A DNA stretch of 64,000 nt from Piromyces finnis finn (taxonomy: Eukaryota; Fungi; Neocallimastigomycota), in contig MCFH01000011.1 in assembly GCA_002104945.1 (NCBI GenBank), positions 930,001 through 994,000 of the forward strand. Reading direction: 5' to 3'. How positions within the stretch are numbered: position 1 is the first letter of the stretch; every line of letters begins with the position of its first letter. The notes under the pieces were generated by a model. That model was not told the DNA's origin and did not search any database. It worked only from the letters and a program-made list of their open reading frames with translations. Below are positions 53,001-64,000 of the stretch, in pieces. A program made the translations under genes and the position numbers.

Positions 53001-55524
53001 ACTTCTGGCTATCGTCGCGTCCTTAGAAGTGTGGAGACATTTTTTGAAAGGTGCGAATCATCCTTTCAAAATTATATCAGACCACAGAAACCTCCTTTTT
53101 CAGAAGAAACCGGAGAAGATGACTCAGAGATTAATTAGATGGTCCCTTTTCCTTGCTGAATTCGATTTTGTCATTGAATATCGCCCTGGTTCCTCGAACG
53201 GGAAAACCGATGCCTTGTCAAGAAGACCTGACTATCTTGATCACTCTTGCAATTCCGATTCTAATAACTCTGTCTTTCGTCCCGAAAATTTCAGCTCCTG
53301 CTTTGCTTCATCCACTCCTTCTTCTCTTCTTGAAAAAATTGCTCTCTCTTGTAAACTTGACAAATTCTTCATTGAGACTTCTAATCAACTTCTCAATGAT
53401 AATTGTTCTTCTGACTACAAACTTAGTAACAACGTCCTCCTTTTCCAAGATAAAATCTATGTTCCTAATGATTGCCGAGTTGAAATTCTGTCTTCTTGTC
53501 ATGACTCCCCTGCTGCCGGCCATTTTGGTATTTCAAAAACTTTATCCTTGATTTCCCGTAACTACTGGTGGCCCAAAATGTATCAGGATGTTAAGGACTA
53601 TGTCCGTTCTTGTGAGGTCTGCTGTCGTTCGAAATCCTCTAGACATAAACCTTACGGGTTATTATCCACTCTTCCTTTAGGTGAACGTCCCTGGTCTTCC
53701 ATTGCTATGGATTTTATCACTGACCTCCCCTCTTCTCGTGGATTTACCTGTATCTTCGTTGTCATTGATCGATTGACAAAAATGGCTCACTTTATCCCTC
53801 TTGAAAAAGTTCCCACTGCTGAACGTGCTGCCGAAGCTTTCATTAACAACGTCTTCAAACTTCATGGATGCCCCTCCGACATTGTTCTCGACCAAGGTTC
53901 TCAGTTCACTTCAAAGTTTTGGAAGAAATTCTTTGCTACCCTCAAGATTGATTTGAAATACTCTTCTGCTTATCACCACCAATCCAATGGCCAGACGGAG
54001 AGAGTGAACTCCGTTGTAGAACAATATCTACGCTGCTTCTCAAATTACAAAGGCACTAACTGGATCGAATACTTAAGCCTAGCTGAATTTAGTTACAATA
54101 ATTCAGTTCAAGAATCTGCAAAACAAACACCCTTCTTCTTGAACTATGGTTTCCATCCTAATTTTAATCCAACAATTCCAACAACAAGTGAAGTTCCAAG
54201 AGCTGAAGAATACACAAAAGAATTAAAAGAAATTATCAGCACCCTCAAGAAAAACCTTTCGGAAGCCCAAAAGAAACAAGAACATTTCGCCAATAGACAT
54301 AGACAACCAGGCCCGTCATTCAAACCAGGAGAAAAGGTATGGTTAATCAATAATAATTTAGTTAAGGGAAATAAAAAATTCACCCCTCGGAAACTCGGTC
54401 CCTATGAAATTGAACAACAAATATCAGAAGTCTCATTCAAATTGAAACTCCCTGGTAACATGAAGATTGATCCGGTATTCCATAAATCATCTCTCGAGCC
54501 TTACTTCGAAGGGAAAAGTACAAACCGAAAAGTTCAACCTCCACCACCTGTCATTATAAACGAAGAGGAGGAATACGAAGTAGAAGAAATTCTGGACAAA
54601 AGAAGACGCTATAACAAAACTCAGTACTTGATCAAATGGAAAGGATATCCTATTTCAGAAGCCTCATGGGAACCCGAAGAAAATCTGAACTGTCCAGCAA
54701 AGCTAAGAGAATTCAACAAGACCCATTAAAAAAAAAAAAAAAAAAAAAAACTAATAATAATAAAATTAACTAATTTTCATTAATTTTTAGACACAAATGA
54801 GGGAATATTAATTTTAGAATAAACTTAACCGATACCGTTTTGGCGAAGCTCCCATAGGGATTTACTGGACTTACAAGCGTACCAAGAACAAGTACTATCA
54901 AACGGCCATATTGGAACCTTGCCTATGAAACCTCTAGTACTTGTTGGACATACTTTAGTCTTGGCGCCAACCCGCCTTACATCAAAGTTACTCTACCAAC
55001 CCCGACTTCGAACCCACAACCTTCTAGTTTATTGCCAACTACTCGACCATTGTACCACACCTTTTAATTCTCATATGAAGTCAACTGCCTATTTAAAAAA
55101 AAAAAAAATTATTAGCTTATAAATTCGTCTGGAATCCGAATTTAGAGGAGGAGCTTGTAATGAGGTATATCTAATGATAAGGGTTAGACTAGAAAATCAT
55201 TAAGGTTAGATTAATGAAAATTTCATAATTATATTTTTATAACCAATCATTAAGTAATTAATTCACTTATCAAATTGTATTAAAAAAAAATAATTTTCAT
55301 GTATAAAAGAGAGAATAAGAAAGATAAAATAGTTCTTTAGTGTTTTTATTAATAATTAATAAAAATTAGTTTTTTTTGTTTCGTCTTTAGTTTGATAATA
55401 CACTGACCTAGCGAGTTAGTCGTATTATAATAATAAATTTAATAAATAAACATTATTAAAAAAAAATACATATATATTTGATACATTAGAGTGTGTGTGT
55501 TTATTATTATAATATTTCGTTACA
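50089..55524 (+). mobile_element. Intact chromovirus (Ty3/Gypsy, Tf1/sushi-like), family E
   Basis: LTRs 50089-50460 and 55156-55524 almost identical; TSD CATTA; PPT TAGAGGAGGAG; single gag-pol ORF. Confidence 0.95.
50530..54729 (+). CDS. Gag-Pol polyprotein with chromodomain (1399 aa, uninterrupted)
   Basis: Gag, [44 protein letters not shown] integrase, GPY, chromodomain [12 protein letters not shown]...[21 protein letters not shown]. Confidence 0.95.
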   Translation: MDNSVDLKNGFDGNRRYLKGFLAKMDMIFMIHPEIGRDDGEKVFYVVSRLYGDAMNWAATLINNHDPCLQDYGAFVGKLKAAFGFQDMVYTANQKLKKIKQHGLSNTQEYIKEFNYYTDESTWNEQAKMDAFVDGLDDRIATHILQMFPGPSTLINLQTIASRIGSRLACHQEEINRRSNRSFRSKQSFQSRSSERSTSKSTQPKKENNFGPISSEERSRRMKENLCLYCGKPGHRLSECPIRTKKENHTNNAGVHVLNEQKKSTRLSDNSSLPQTVIDVDVVLPYKSVGTKVLLDSGSQFCLIDHAFVKAHEIPIITKVKCPQIIGIGGHQKIIGQTWPITVEHMNHSCQLQFYVVELPSYCCILGSDWLALHNPTINFASKDVSYHSEYCKENCLRKESASSTTSELEDQSKDEMSVGNTPEYPFNVFTCLEEPEVESPQIPIHYSQHSKVFEERLADKLPPHRTYDCEINLRPNSNLFYGPIYRLTEKESKVLEETINENLKKGFIRKSKSPAGAPVLFVPKKSGELRMCIDYRRLNEITIRNSYPLPLIQDMLDHLGKVKVFSKLDLRSAYNLVRIKEGDEYKTAFTCQFGHFEYLVMPFGLKNAPAVFQHFINDVLGGIIDKFVFSYIDDIIIFSDNIAEHHEHVNEVLRRLEEAGLYAKLEKCLFDSPCLDFLGHRISASGIGMDPNKVKAIAEWPTPKSVHELQSFLGLANYYRRFIPGFAKIAHPLHQLCKKNTAFVWNDTAQDAFDALVKHFISQPILAYPDVDLPFVVETDASNFAIGAVLSQVNKSDNILHPVAFFSRSLTNPEKNYPIYDKELLAIVASLEVWRHFLKGANHPFKIISDHRNLLFQKKPEKMTQRLIRWSLFLAEFDFVIEYRPGSSNGKTDALSRRPDYLDHSCNSDSNNSVFRPENFSSCFASSTPSSLLEKIALSCKLDKFFIETSNQLLNDNCSSDYKLSNNVLLFQDKIYVPNDCRVEILSSCHDSPAAGHFGISKTLSLISRNYWWPKMYQDVKDYVRSCEVCCRSKSSRHKPYGLLSTLPLGERPWSSIAMDFITDLPSSRGFTCIFVVIDRLTKMAHFIPLEKVPTAERAAEAFINNVFKLHGCPSDIVLDQGSQFTSKFWKKFFATLKIDLKYSSAYHHQSNGQTERVNSVVEQYLRCFSNYKGTNWIEYLSLAEFSYNNSVQESAKQTPFFLNYGFHPNFNPTIPTTSEVPRAEEYTKELKEIISTLKKNLSEAQKKQEHFANRHRQPGPSFKPGEKVWLINNNLVKGNKKFTPRKLGPYEIEQQISEVSFKLKLPGNMKIDPVFHKSSLEPYFEGKSTNRKVQPPPPVIINEEEEYEVEEILDKRRRYNKTQYLIKWKGYPISEASWEPEENLNCPAKLREFNKTH

Positions 55525-56466
55525 CATTAAAGATATCAAACAGAGGCGTTTGATATCTTTACATTATAGGAGTTTATAAATTTTATTAACTTTAAGTTAA
55601 AAAATTACTAACGCTAAAGCTTCGTAATTTTTGTCAATTTTTGTTCTTTTTATACATGAACAATTTTAATTATTACAAATTTAAATTTTAATTAATTATT
55701 GTCTAATTATAAAATATTTAATTTTTATAAATTAATAATTAATATAATTATTGTAAATAGTTAATAAATTTAAATTAAAATTTTTAATAATAAAATTTTA
55801 ATAATTTTAAAAAATTTAATAATTTCAAATATTAGAAATTTTATACTTTGAAATTTTTTAATAAAAATTTAAAAAATAAATTTTTTCAAATTTTCAAACT
55901 TTCAAATTTTAAAAAAATTTTTAATTTTTTTCATGTGTCCAAATTTTTTAAATTTTTATAAATGTTATTGTGACACTGCCCGTCCTAAGGCTCGTTTCGC
56001 CGGACGACCCAAAAAATTATGGACACTGGCACGTCATAATAATTTGGACATTGACACTTCCACGACACTTAGAAAAATTTTGAGAATTTCCATTTTTTGA
56101 AAATTCTCAATTTTTGAAAAAAATATATAAGTGTTGAAAAAGTGAAGTGTAAAATTGTTCAAAGAAAAGTTGTGAGGGTATCACGTGGATTCTTCAGAAA
56201 TGGAGACTACACGTGAAGGTTAGGGAAATGATATGACTCGAGGGGAAGCGGATTTTGGGATGCGGAAAAGGTTGCGGAATTTGAGGGTTGAGGGCAAAGG
56301 CGAAAGAGTGTGGTTGGGTAGCGGAATAGTGGTTGGTAGTTGTAGTGGTGGCGACTAGTGGGTAGCGGAGTTGTGGGTAGTAGGTGGGATAGTGGCGATT
56401 GGTGGGTAGTGAAGGAGTAAGGGTGGTAGACACTAGTAGGTGGGGTACTAAAAAGTGGGATCCAGA

Positions 56467-56862
56467 TTAAGAATCTGGGACGGAAAACATACCTGGATCT
56501 GGGACTTGAGTAATTGGAGTAGCAAAACGACCTCTCATGATAACATCATGATCTAAATCAAATCTTGTTGAAGTAGATTCATCATCTCTAAAGGCAGTAG
56601 GTCTTGGAGTAGCTATCCTATCATAGTTGGTATGTAACAATGGTTGTTCATCTTCATTCCGAGTAGCTTGACTATTATTCATACTAGTTAATACTCCCAT
56701 GATTTCATTTAAACGATTATTCACATCATTGGAAAAATTTTGAAAATCTTCACGGAAAACCAAATTTTCATTGATACCCTCAATGATATCTTTGGCAGTC
56801 TGAGTAGCCTCCTCTCTAAGTTGATTTACCTCGTCTGGGAAGTTAGGAACTGGAGTGAACAT
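56467..56862 (-). pseudogene. Probable truncated gag N-terminus of another retroelement (H)
   Basis: 131-aa ORF, coiled-coil-like start, ends at VPDPGMFS, resembling the P-x-x-F-x-G start of a Gypsy capsid. Upstream region shares leader homology with 31117-31400. Confidence 0.45.
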
Positions 56863-59706
56863 TCTAAAGTAGCCACTAAACAGCGGGTAAAGATTATTGT
56901 TAAGTTTTTGGATTTGGTTATGCGGCCAGGTCAGAATGTTATCAATTATATAGTAAATATGTTTTTTAAGAAATTAAATTTAAATATAAAATAACCCTTT
57001 AAACTTCCAAATGAAAAATTAATATTTATTCTTTAGAATAACTTTTTTTTTTATAAAATTTTATTTATTTATTAATAATAATATAAATGATAATATATTT
57101 AATAACTATATAATTAAGATTATAACTATAATCTTTACAAAGAATTAAAATCAAATTCAATTCATTCTATTTTATATTCTTTGTTCAGATTATTAAATTG
57201 ATAAAAATAAAGTATTACATGTAATATGTTAATAATATAATAAGATTGTTTGTTTGTTTGTGTTTGTTTGTTTGTTTTGTCATGACATAAAATAAAATAA
57301 ACATATGATTAATCATTTAAACACTTGATCCATTAACCTATTTTATAATAATTAAAATTATTTAATTTATAAATGTTAACTGTTACACCTAAATGGTTTA
57401 GTTCTATTTTTAGTAACAGTCACTATCATTAATTAAATTAATATAATTAGAATTTCTATTGATATCCTTTTAATTTTCGTCAAGTCATAAGAAATGTCTA
57501 TGATCCATACTTGATATCATATTAATTTTAATTTACTTATTAAAATCTTCAAATGATCATATCTTCCTTAAATGACCAGTTAGAAGGACCGCGATTGTAC
57601 CAAAATGTAGCTTTTCCCTTAAGCTTTCTAATAAACTTAGTTTCACAGCCGTAGTACTTACAGCCGTAGCACTCGTTTTTGGCGAGTTACACCTTGTTTC
57701 GTGTTTGTTTATTTTTGGTTAAGGGTTATAGTGTATTGATATTAAATTTTTGAAATCATAACCCTTTCACTGAATCAGAATTTAAAAGGTGACTTTTAAA
57801 GGTGTTTTAAAATAATTATTGGGATCATTTAATTCTAATTATTATGTTTAATTAATTATAGATATTATCTGAATTTGTTTTAAATCCAGTTAATATCTTC
57901 ACAAATTAACTAAATTATATAACTTATTAACTAATATTTAGCCAATTAAGTTAGTTATTACCTCTCTATACGAGTTAATAACTAAATAAAGTTTTATAAA
58001 AAATAATAAAATAAATAAAATAAATATTATAACACTAAAATAATTACAAACAAACGTATAAAGATCTTATGAAATAATGTTTACTTAAATAATTCTATAT
58101 TAATTATATCTTTTATTTATTAATTATAATTATATACATTAATTATTATTATAGTTACTAATTTACTTTAATACTAACGCTAAAGTATTTAACGTTAGTT
58201 TTAACTATACTATTTAACTATATTAGTTTATTTTCTTTACCACTTGATTGGGTAAAGCAAATAAACTTCCTATTTAATTAATAACCATTAATATATGGTT
58301 ATACATATATCTGGCCAATAAATGGTGACCAGAATATATGGTTTCAATTGAAATATTTGTGGGCAAACTTATGGCCACAAATATTTCTTACAATGCTACG
58401 GTTCAAATAAGATATCACAAAACACTTGAATAGTTATAAAAATAAAAATTTATTTAATTTTAATTTTTATTCATTTAATTTATTTTTGATTTTTCAATTT
58501 TTAAAATTTTTCTCAAAAATCCTCGTACTTTTTCCAACTATCCATTATTTGAAATTTAATGGTTTTGGATAGCTAAGGATTTAAATTGATTTCATTCATA
58601 ATATATGGACCATTCACTGTAACATATATTAATTAAATCCTTAATATATATTATGAATAATCTCTTAATATTTGAATAGAAAAATTTTTAATTTATAATT
58701 AATAAAATTTTAATTTATGATATGTGTAACATTTTTGCATATCATATATTATATATTTAATTATGACATATAATAAAATTATATTATTCAATTAATTATG
58801 CCCTTTTTTAGACATAAATAATAATTTTTCTGTCGAGGTATCTTCTGTTTTGTGTGTAACAGTTGCCTCTTTTAGTAAAAATTATAATTAAATTCTATGT
58901 CATAATTTCAAATTATAAAATATTATACAATAAAGTTAATTAATAAAATAAACCTTAAATAATAATAAAATACCTATAACTATTTTAATAATAAAATTTT
59001 GTAAAATTTATAAGTATAAAATATTATAAGTAATTATACTAATACTAATAGTAAAGGTCTTAAATAACTATATACAAATAATATAACTATATAATAAAAA
59101 TATTAATAATTACTAGAAAAATGTATAAAAATTATATATTATAATTTTTATATTTTAAAAATAGAGTTAAACACTAGTAAGGAATATAAATAGTTGAAGG
59201 TTAAATCCTAAAATTCTAGCTAATTCAACTATTTATGTTCATTCCTTAACAACATGTAATAATTATTATATATTTAATAATAATTATTATCTACAATATA
59301 ATAATACAAATCGTAATATGTATTATTAAATTGAGAAGTTTCTTAATAGTAAATAAAAATGAATACTTATCTTAAAGAGTTTATTATAAGTGAATTATAA
59401 TAACAAACACAAAATATTAAGACTATCTTTAATGTAAATATTTTTTATGAATATAGTTTTTGAAAGGGTTATTTATTATAATTGTCTTAAAATAATAACT
59501 CTGGATTCTTTAGTGGAATTCCAGAGTCCTTATATTTATAATTTTTTGATAATTTAAAGTTTAATAAAGAATTTCTAATCTTAACAAATAATCTTTTTAG
59601 GAAAAGACTAGAAGAAAAACCTAAAAAGATATTCGATTGATAACTAATATATCAATCATCGTAATATTAAGTAAAACCGATTAAAATTCGGAAAAACCTT
59701 AATATC

Positions 59707-60699
59707 TGTAAAGACATCAAACGCCTCTGTTTGATATCTTTAATGTAACTTAAGCCACAAGTATTATTGTTTAAGTTACACAAATTATATTCAGAAAAAG
59801 AAAATGAGACATAATTTATTTATTAATAATTAAAGTTTAAAACAAAATAAATTATTAATTTATTTTTAATGTTTAACAAGTAAATTAATATTCTCAATTT
59901 AAATCCCTAGTTTTAGTATTGTTTTTTTATAGAAATAGATAAATAATAAATGATTAATATATCAATAATACATGGGCACATATTCAAATTAAATAGTACT
60001 TAATTTGAATTGCCAATTGTATTTTACTAAAAATAGTTATAGTTTAAATATTTATTAATAATTAAGATTTTAGTGTAGATTTTAAATAATAATATATAAG
60101 AAATAAATAGTTATAATATAATATAAATGTATTTAGGAAAAATATAAATAGAAGATATTTTTCATCATTTTATCGATGTAATTGTTATTATTAAAATTCT
60201 ATTATAATAAAAGATATTTTATAAAACAATTTTTTATTTTATTTCTCAAATTTTTGTGTTATTGTAATAGGTTAGATATCCTAATCTATTCGGTTTAGTG
60301 TCTGACTTTACAATAACAATTACCTAAACAGATAGTTACGAATACGTTAGGGTATCAAGAAGAAATAGAAGAACTTTTGGGAAGATTCTACTAGGACAAA
60401 TAGAAGAATTCTACTAGAAGAAATATAAGAACTTTTTGGAAAACTCTACTTGAAGAAATAGAAGAAATTTTTGAATATTTTGCTAAGGCTACCTAAGGAA
60501 GATTATCAAGAACTTTGGGATATTCTACCGGACTACAAGAATACTTTAATCAATCGGAACGCTTCACCGAATAATTCGTATTTGAAAAGGACTATTACTA
60601 CGGCTGAAGTTTGGAATTAACATTAGTTAATAACTTGTTCGACACTGTAATTATACAGAGAGAGTCTGTAATAACTTATTAACTTATTGTTAGAAGACG

Positions 60700-60743
<44 letters not shown>

Positions 60744-63700
60744 ACTTACTTGAAATAATAGTAAGAAACCCTCGTTATTTTACTTAATTTTAATTTTATG
60801 TGTTTTTGTATTAGAGTTGGAGGAATTAATTAATACTTTTGATAATTTAAATTTAGAAGAAATGGAAGAAAGAGGTGGTGGTTCTACAGTAAATCCAGGG
60901 AACATTATCAATGCTCCTCCGTTGTTTACTGGTAGACATAGAGATTTAGATGGGTTTTTAACTAGAGTAGAATTGGTATTTCGAACTCGACCGGCACTGT
61001 ACAATACAGATCGCGTCCGGGTTGATTTCGTTATTTCCTACTTCTCTGGTAGACCCCTGGAATGGGCATCATCGCTTATGAGGAATAATAGTAATGTATT
61101 GAACCATTATGATGAATTTATAGATCGCCTCAGAGCTAATTTCGGTAGTGATCGATATGACACTGTTGTTGCAAACGGTAAACTCGATAACATTAGACAA
61201 AGAAAACTTGGTCAAGTAGTTGATTATATCACCGAGTTTCAACGAGTTAGCCAAAATTCCAACTTTAACGAAAGTGCTAAGATCTATATGTTTCTGAAAG
61301 GTTTAAATCCATTACTTAGAGAGAAATTGGCGTTTGTCGAAACAAACCCGTCATCTATGGAACATTTAATATCCTCAACAATATTAGTTGAAGATATGAT
61401 GAAAAGGAATTCTTTGAGTGAGTTTTATTTTAATAATAGAAGGGCTAATGATCCTATGGATGTTGACGTTTTTAGAATTAGTGCTGATAAGAAGCGTAAA
61501 CGTTATGTAAATATTCAAGGAACTAGTAATAATTATGATGAGAGCCCAAGAACGTTTGAAGAAGAAAGGAGAAAGGAGGTTTGTTTTTTGTGTAAAAAAC
61601 CTGGACATTTTAAATTTAATTGTCCAAATAGAGTAAAACCCAAGAAGGTTTTTAGAATAATTAAAGAAAAAACTCCTAAGATTGTTGAACCGAAAATTTA
61701 TAAAGTAGGAGTAATGGACAAAAAAGATGATTTGAATTTTATTGACTTTTATTTAAGTACTAACGAGGTCCCCGAAGCAAAAATCAAGGTGTTGATTGAT
61801 TCTGGTTCCGAGTTAAATTTTATTAACCCGGATATTGCTGAGGATCTTGGCATTAAATTTGAGAATATTGACCCATTCCGTGTTTCCGGAGTCAATGATG
61901 GAATTTCCAGAGTCTGGGAAAAGTCGGAGAAATGTATGCTAAGATATAGGAACCATTATGAAGTTATTCAGCTGTATAGCTTAAAGGTTCCTGGAGTTGA
62001 TGTTATTCTTGGGTTACCTTGGATCAAAAAGCATAATCCTGAAGCTTTTTATGATCCTAAGAAAATTGCTTTTAGTTCCGGTTATTGTGCTAGACACTGT
62101 AACCAAGGTAAAAGAAGAAGGAAGCAAAGAAAGAAGTCTCAAAAAAGCCAGCTAGATCATGATGTTCTTGACCGAAGTTTAACTAAAACAGTAAAATCTG
62201 TCTCTACAGCCCCTTTAAAAAACCCTGAAGAAAAGGAGTATATTAAAGGCCGCCTTGTTAGAACCATTAATGATGAAGATGATAGCGATGAGGAATATAT
62301 TAGTTTTAATAAAAAGGTTAAATGTATTGTAACGAAAATTAATGAAACATGTAATAATAATAATGAATCATGTAGTAATAATAATAATAATAATGAAAAG
62401 GATATTAATAAAGATAAATTGGTCTCCGTACCAACCCAATATTTAGAATTTAGTGAAGTGTTTAATGAAAAAAATTGTGAAGTGTTACCTCCTCATAGAC
62501 CTTATGATTGCGAAATCAAGCTTAAGGATGATTCAACTTTATTTTATGGACCATTGTATCCATTAACTGAAGTTGAAAGAGAGGAACTTAAAAAGTATAT
62601 AGATGAAAATTTAAATAAAGGTTTCATTAGGAAATCATCGTCTCCTGCTGGTGCCCCAATTTTGTTTGTTAAAAAGAAGGACGGTTCCTTAAGACTTTGT
62701 ATTGATTATAGAAGGTTGAATGATATTACAATTCGTAATTCATATCCTTTACCTTTAATAAGTGACCTTTTGGATAGGGTGAAAAATGCTAAGATTTTTA
62801 CCAAACTAGACCTTAAATCCGCTTATAATCTTGTTCGTATTAAAGAAGGTGATGAATACAAAACGGCTTTTCGTACTAGGTATGGTCATTTTGAATATCT
62901 GGTTATGCCTTTTGGATTAAAGAATGCACCTGCAACCTTTCAACACTTTATTAACGATGTTCTTAGTGATTATTTAGATGATTTTGTTATCTCATATATT
63001 GATGATATCCTTATTTATTCTAATAATATCGAAGAGCATCACGAGCATGTTAAAAAGGTACTTAAGAAACTACTCGAAAATAATCTTTATGTTAAATTAG
63101 AAAAATGTGAGTTTGATGTTAAGAAAACCACTTTTCTTGGTTATGTCATTTCAAAAGATGGGTTGCAAATGGATGAAAATAAAGTTAAAGCAATTCTCGA
63201 TTGGCCGGTTCCCAAGAATGTTAAAGAGGTTCAGTCTTTTATTGGTCTATGTAACTATTACAGAATTTTTATTAAAGACTTTGCTAAAATGGCAAACCCT
63301 CTTCACAAGCTCACTAGAAAAAATGTTGCTTTTAACTGGGTGAAAGAAGATCAGGACGCTTTTAATTTATTAAAAACTTTGTTCACGTCAGCTCCTATTC
63401 TGAAACATGCGGATAGTAATAAACAATTTATTGTTGAAACTGATGCTAGTAATTATGCTGTCGGTGCTATTCTCTCTCAAGAGTTTGACGGCAAATTACA
63501 TCCCATTGCATTTCTTTCTAAAAGTTTGACGAGTTGTCAAAGAAACTATCCTATATATGACAAGGAACTGTTAGCCATTATAGTTGCACTTGAAGAATGG
63601 CGTCATTACTTAGAGGGTGCACGCCATCAGTTCATAATTTATACCGATCACAAGAACTTAACATTTCCTAGAAAACCTGAAATGTTATCTCAGAGACAAA

Positions 63701-64000
63701 TTAGATGGAATTTGTTCTTATCCAGATTTGACTTTAAACTCATTTATAGAGCTGGTAAGAAATCTGGTAAGCCTGACATTCTGTCTCGTAGAAGTGATCA
63801 TTTAGTGAATGTTATTAACTCTGATGTTTCTTGTCTTACTATTTCGCTTCATCATAGTGATAACAAACCTTTAATAGATTCTATTTTATCAGAACTTAAA
63901 AATGACGATTTGTATAATTCCATTGTTCAATTTAAAATGAATGGTTCTACAAGTAATGCACCTATTAAAAATATTGATAAAGTTATTATTGACGGTGAAG
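59707..64000 (+). mobile_element. Ty3/Gypsy element G, 5' part; 5' LTR 59707-60312 is family D; continues beyond the window
   Basis: D LTR, self-complementary PBS ATAACAATTAC at 60313-60323, leader with short tandem repeats (60357-60545), then gag-pol. Confidence 0.9.
60862..64000 (+). CDS. Gag-Pol of G (open to the window end; absent from the ORF track)
   Basis: MEERGGG...PPLFTG gag, CFLCKKPGHFKFNC (61582), LIDSGS (61792), SYIDDILIY (62992) and RNase H are all in the same frame. Confidence 0.9.
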   Translation, partial: MEERGGGSTVNPGNIINAPPLFTGRHRDLDGFLTRVELVFRTRPALYNTDRVRVDFVISYFSGRPLEWASSLMRNNSNVLNHYDEFIDRLRANFGSDRYDTVVANGKLDNIRQRKLGQVVDYITEFQRVSQNSNFNESAKIYMFLKGLNPLLREKLAFVETNPSSMEHLISSTILVEDMMKRNSLSEFYFNNRRANDPMDVDVFRISADKKRKRYVNIQGTSNNYDESPRTFEEERRKEVCFLCKKPGHFKFNCPNRVKPKKVFRIIKEKTPKIVEPKIYKVGVMDKKDDLNFIDFYLSTNEVPEAKIKVLIDSGSELNFINPDIAEDLGIKFENIDPFRVSGVNDGISRVWEKSEKCMLRYRNHYEVIQLYSLKVPGVDVILGLPWIKKHNPEAFYDPKKIAFSSGYCARHCNQGKRRRKQRKKSQKSQLDHDVLDRSLTKTVKSVSTAPLKNPEEKEYIKGRLVRTINDEDDSDEEYISFNKKVKCIVTKINETCNNNNESCSNNNNNNEKDINKDKLVSVPTQYLEFSEVFNEKNCEVLPPHRPYDCEIKLKDDSTLFYGPLYPLTEVEREELKKYIDENLNKGFIRKSSSPAGAPILFVKKKDGSLRLCIDYRRLNDITIRNSYPLPLISDLLDRVKNAKIFTKLDLKSAYNLVRIKEGDEYKTAFRTRYGHFEYLVMPFGLKNAPATFQHFINDVLSDYLDDFVISYIDDILIYSNNIEEHHEHVKKVLKKLLENNLYVKLEKCEFDVKKTTFLGYVISKDGLQMDENKVKAILDWPVPKNVKEVQSFIGLCNYYRIFIKDFAKMANPLHKLTRKNVAFNWVKEDQDAFNLLKTLFTSAPILKHADSNKQFIVETDASNYAVGAILSQEFDGKLHPIAFLSKSLTSCQRNYPIYDKELLAIIVALEEWRHYLEGARHQFIIYTDHKNLTFPRKPEMLSQRQIRWNLFLSRFDFKLIYRAGKKSGKPDILSRRSDHLVNVINSDVSCLTISLHHSDNKPLIDSILSELKNDDLYNSIVQFKMNGSTSNAPIKNIDKVIIDGE

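Larger units (their letters stand above)
49507..55563 (-). mobile_element. Solo LTR, family D, split by element E (49507-50088 plus 55525-55563)
   Basis: Reverse complement of the D LTR; TSD TTATA at 49502-49506 and 55564-55568. Confidence 0.85.

Noticed and set aside
49507-60312. DIRS-like element with inverted LTRs
   Set aside because: The two opposite D LTRs are independent: the left has its own TTATA TSD and the right is the 5' LTR of G. No tyrosine recombinase is seen.

Overview
Very AT-rich eukaryotic DNA with spliceosomal introns and Asn-rich proteins. This most resembles an anaerobic gut fungus (Neocallimastigomycota); the taxon is an inference. Bases 1-10.3 kb are host sequence: a large minus-strand gene (four N-terminal transmembrane helices, a very long low-complexity tail, C-terminal SH3; mostly missed by the ORF track), a small Cys-rich GPI-anchored protein gene, and tRNA-Ser(GCT). 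From 10.35 kb to the end is an island of nested LTR retrotransposons around a second tRNA, Ser(TGA). It holds two near-intact Ty3-like elements with -1 frameshift gag/pol (A, B), an intact single-ORF chromovirus (E), the 5' part of another Ty3/Gypsy element (G), decayed Gypsy and Copia elements, and many solo LTRs with 5-bp TSDs. Family letters are my own labels. The most unusual object is a young non-coding LTR element (32105-38216) with apparently identical LTRs, a TSD, a Tf1-type self-priming PBS and a PPT. Its leader carries an array of eight ~90-nt hairpins with compensatory base changes, plus a ~15-nt-period motif array. All alignments and folds were done by eye and no database search was run.
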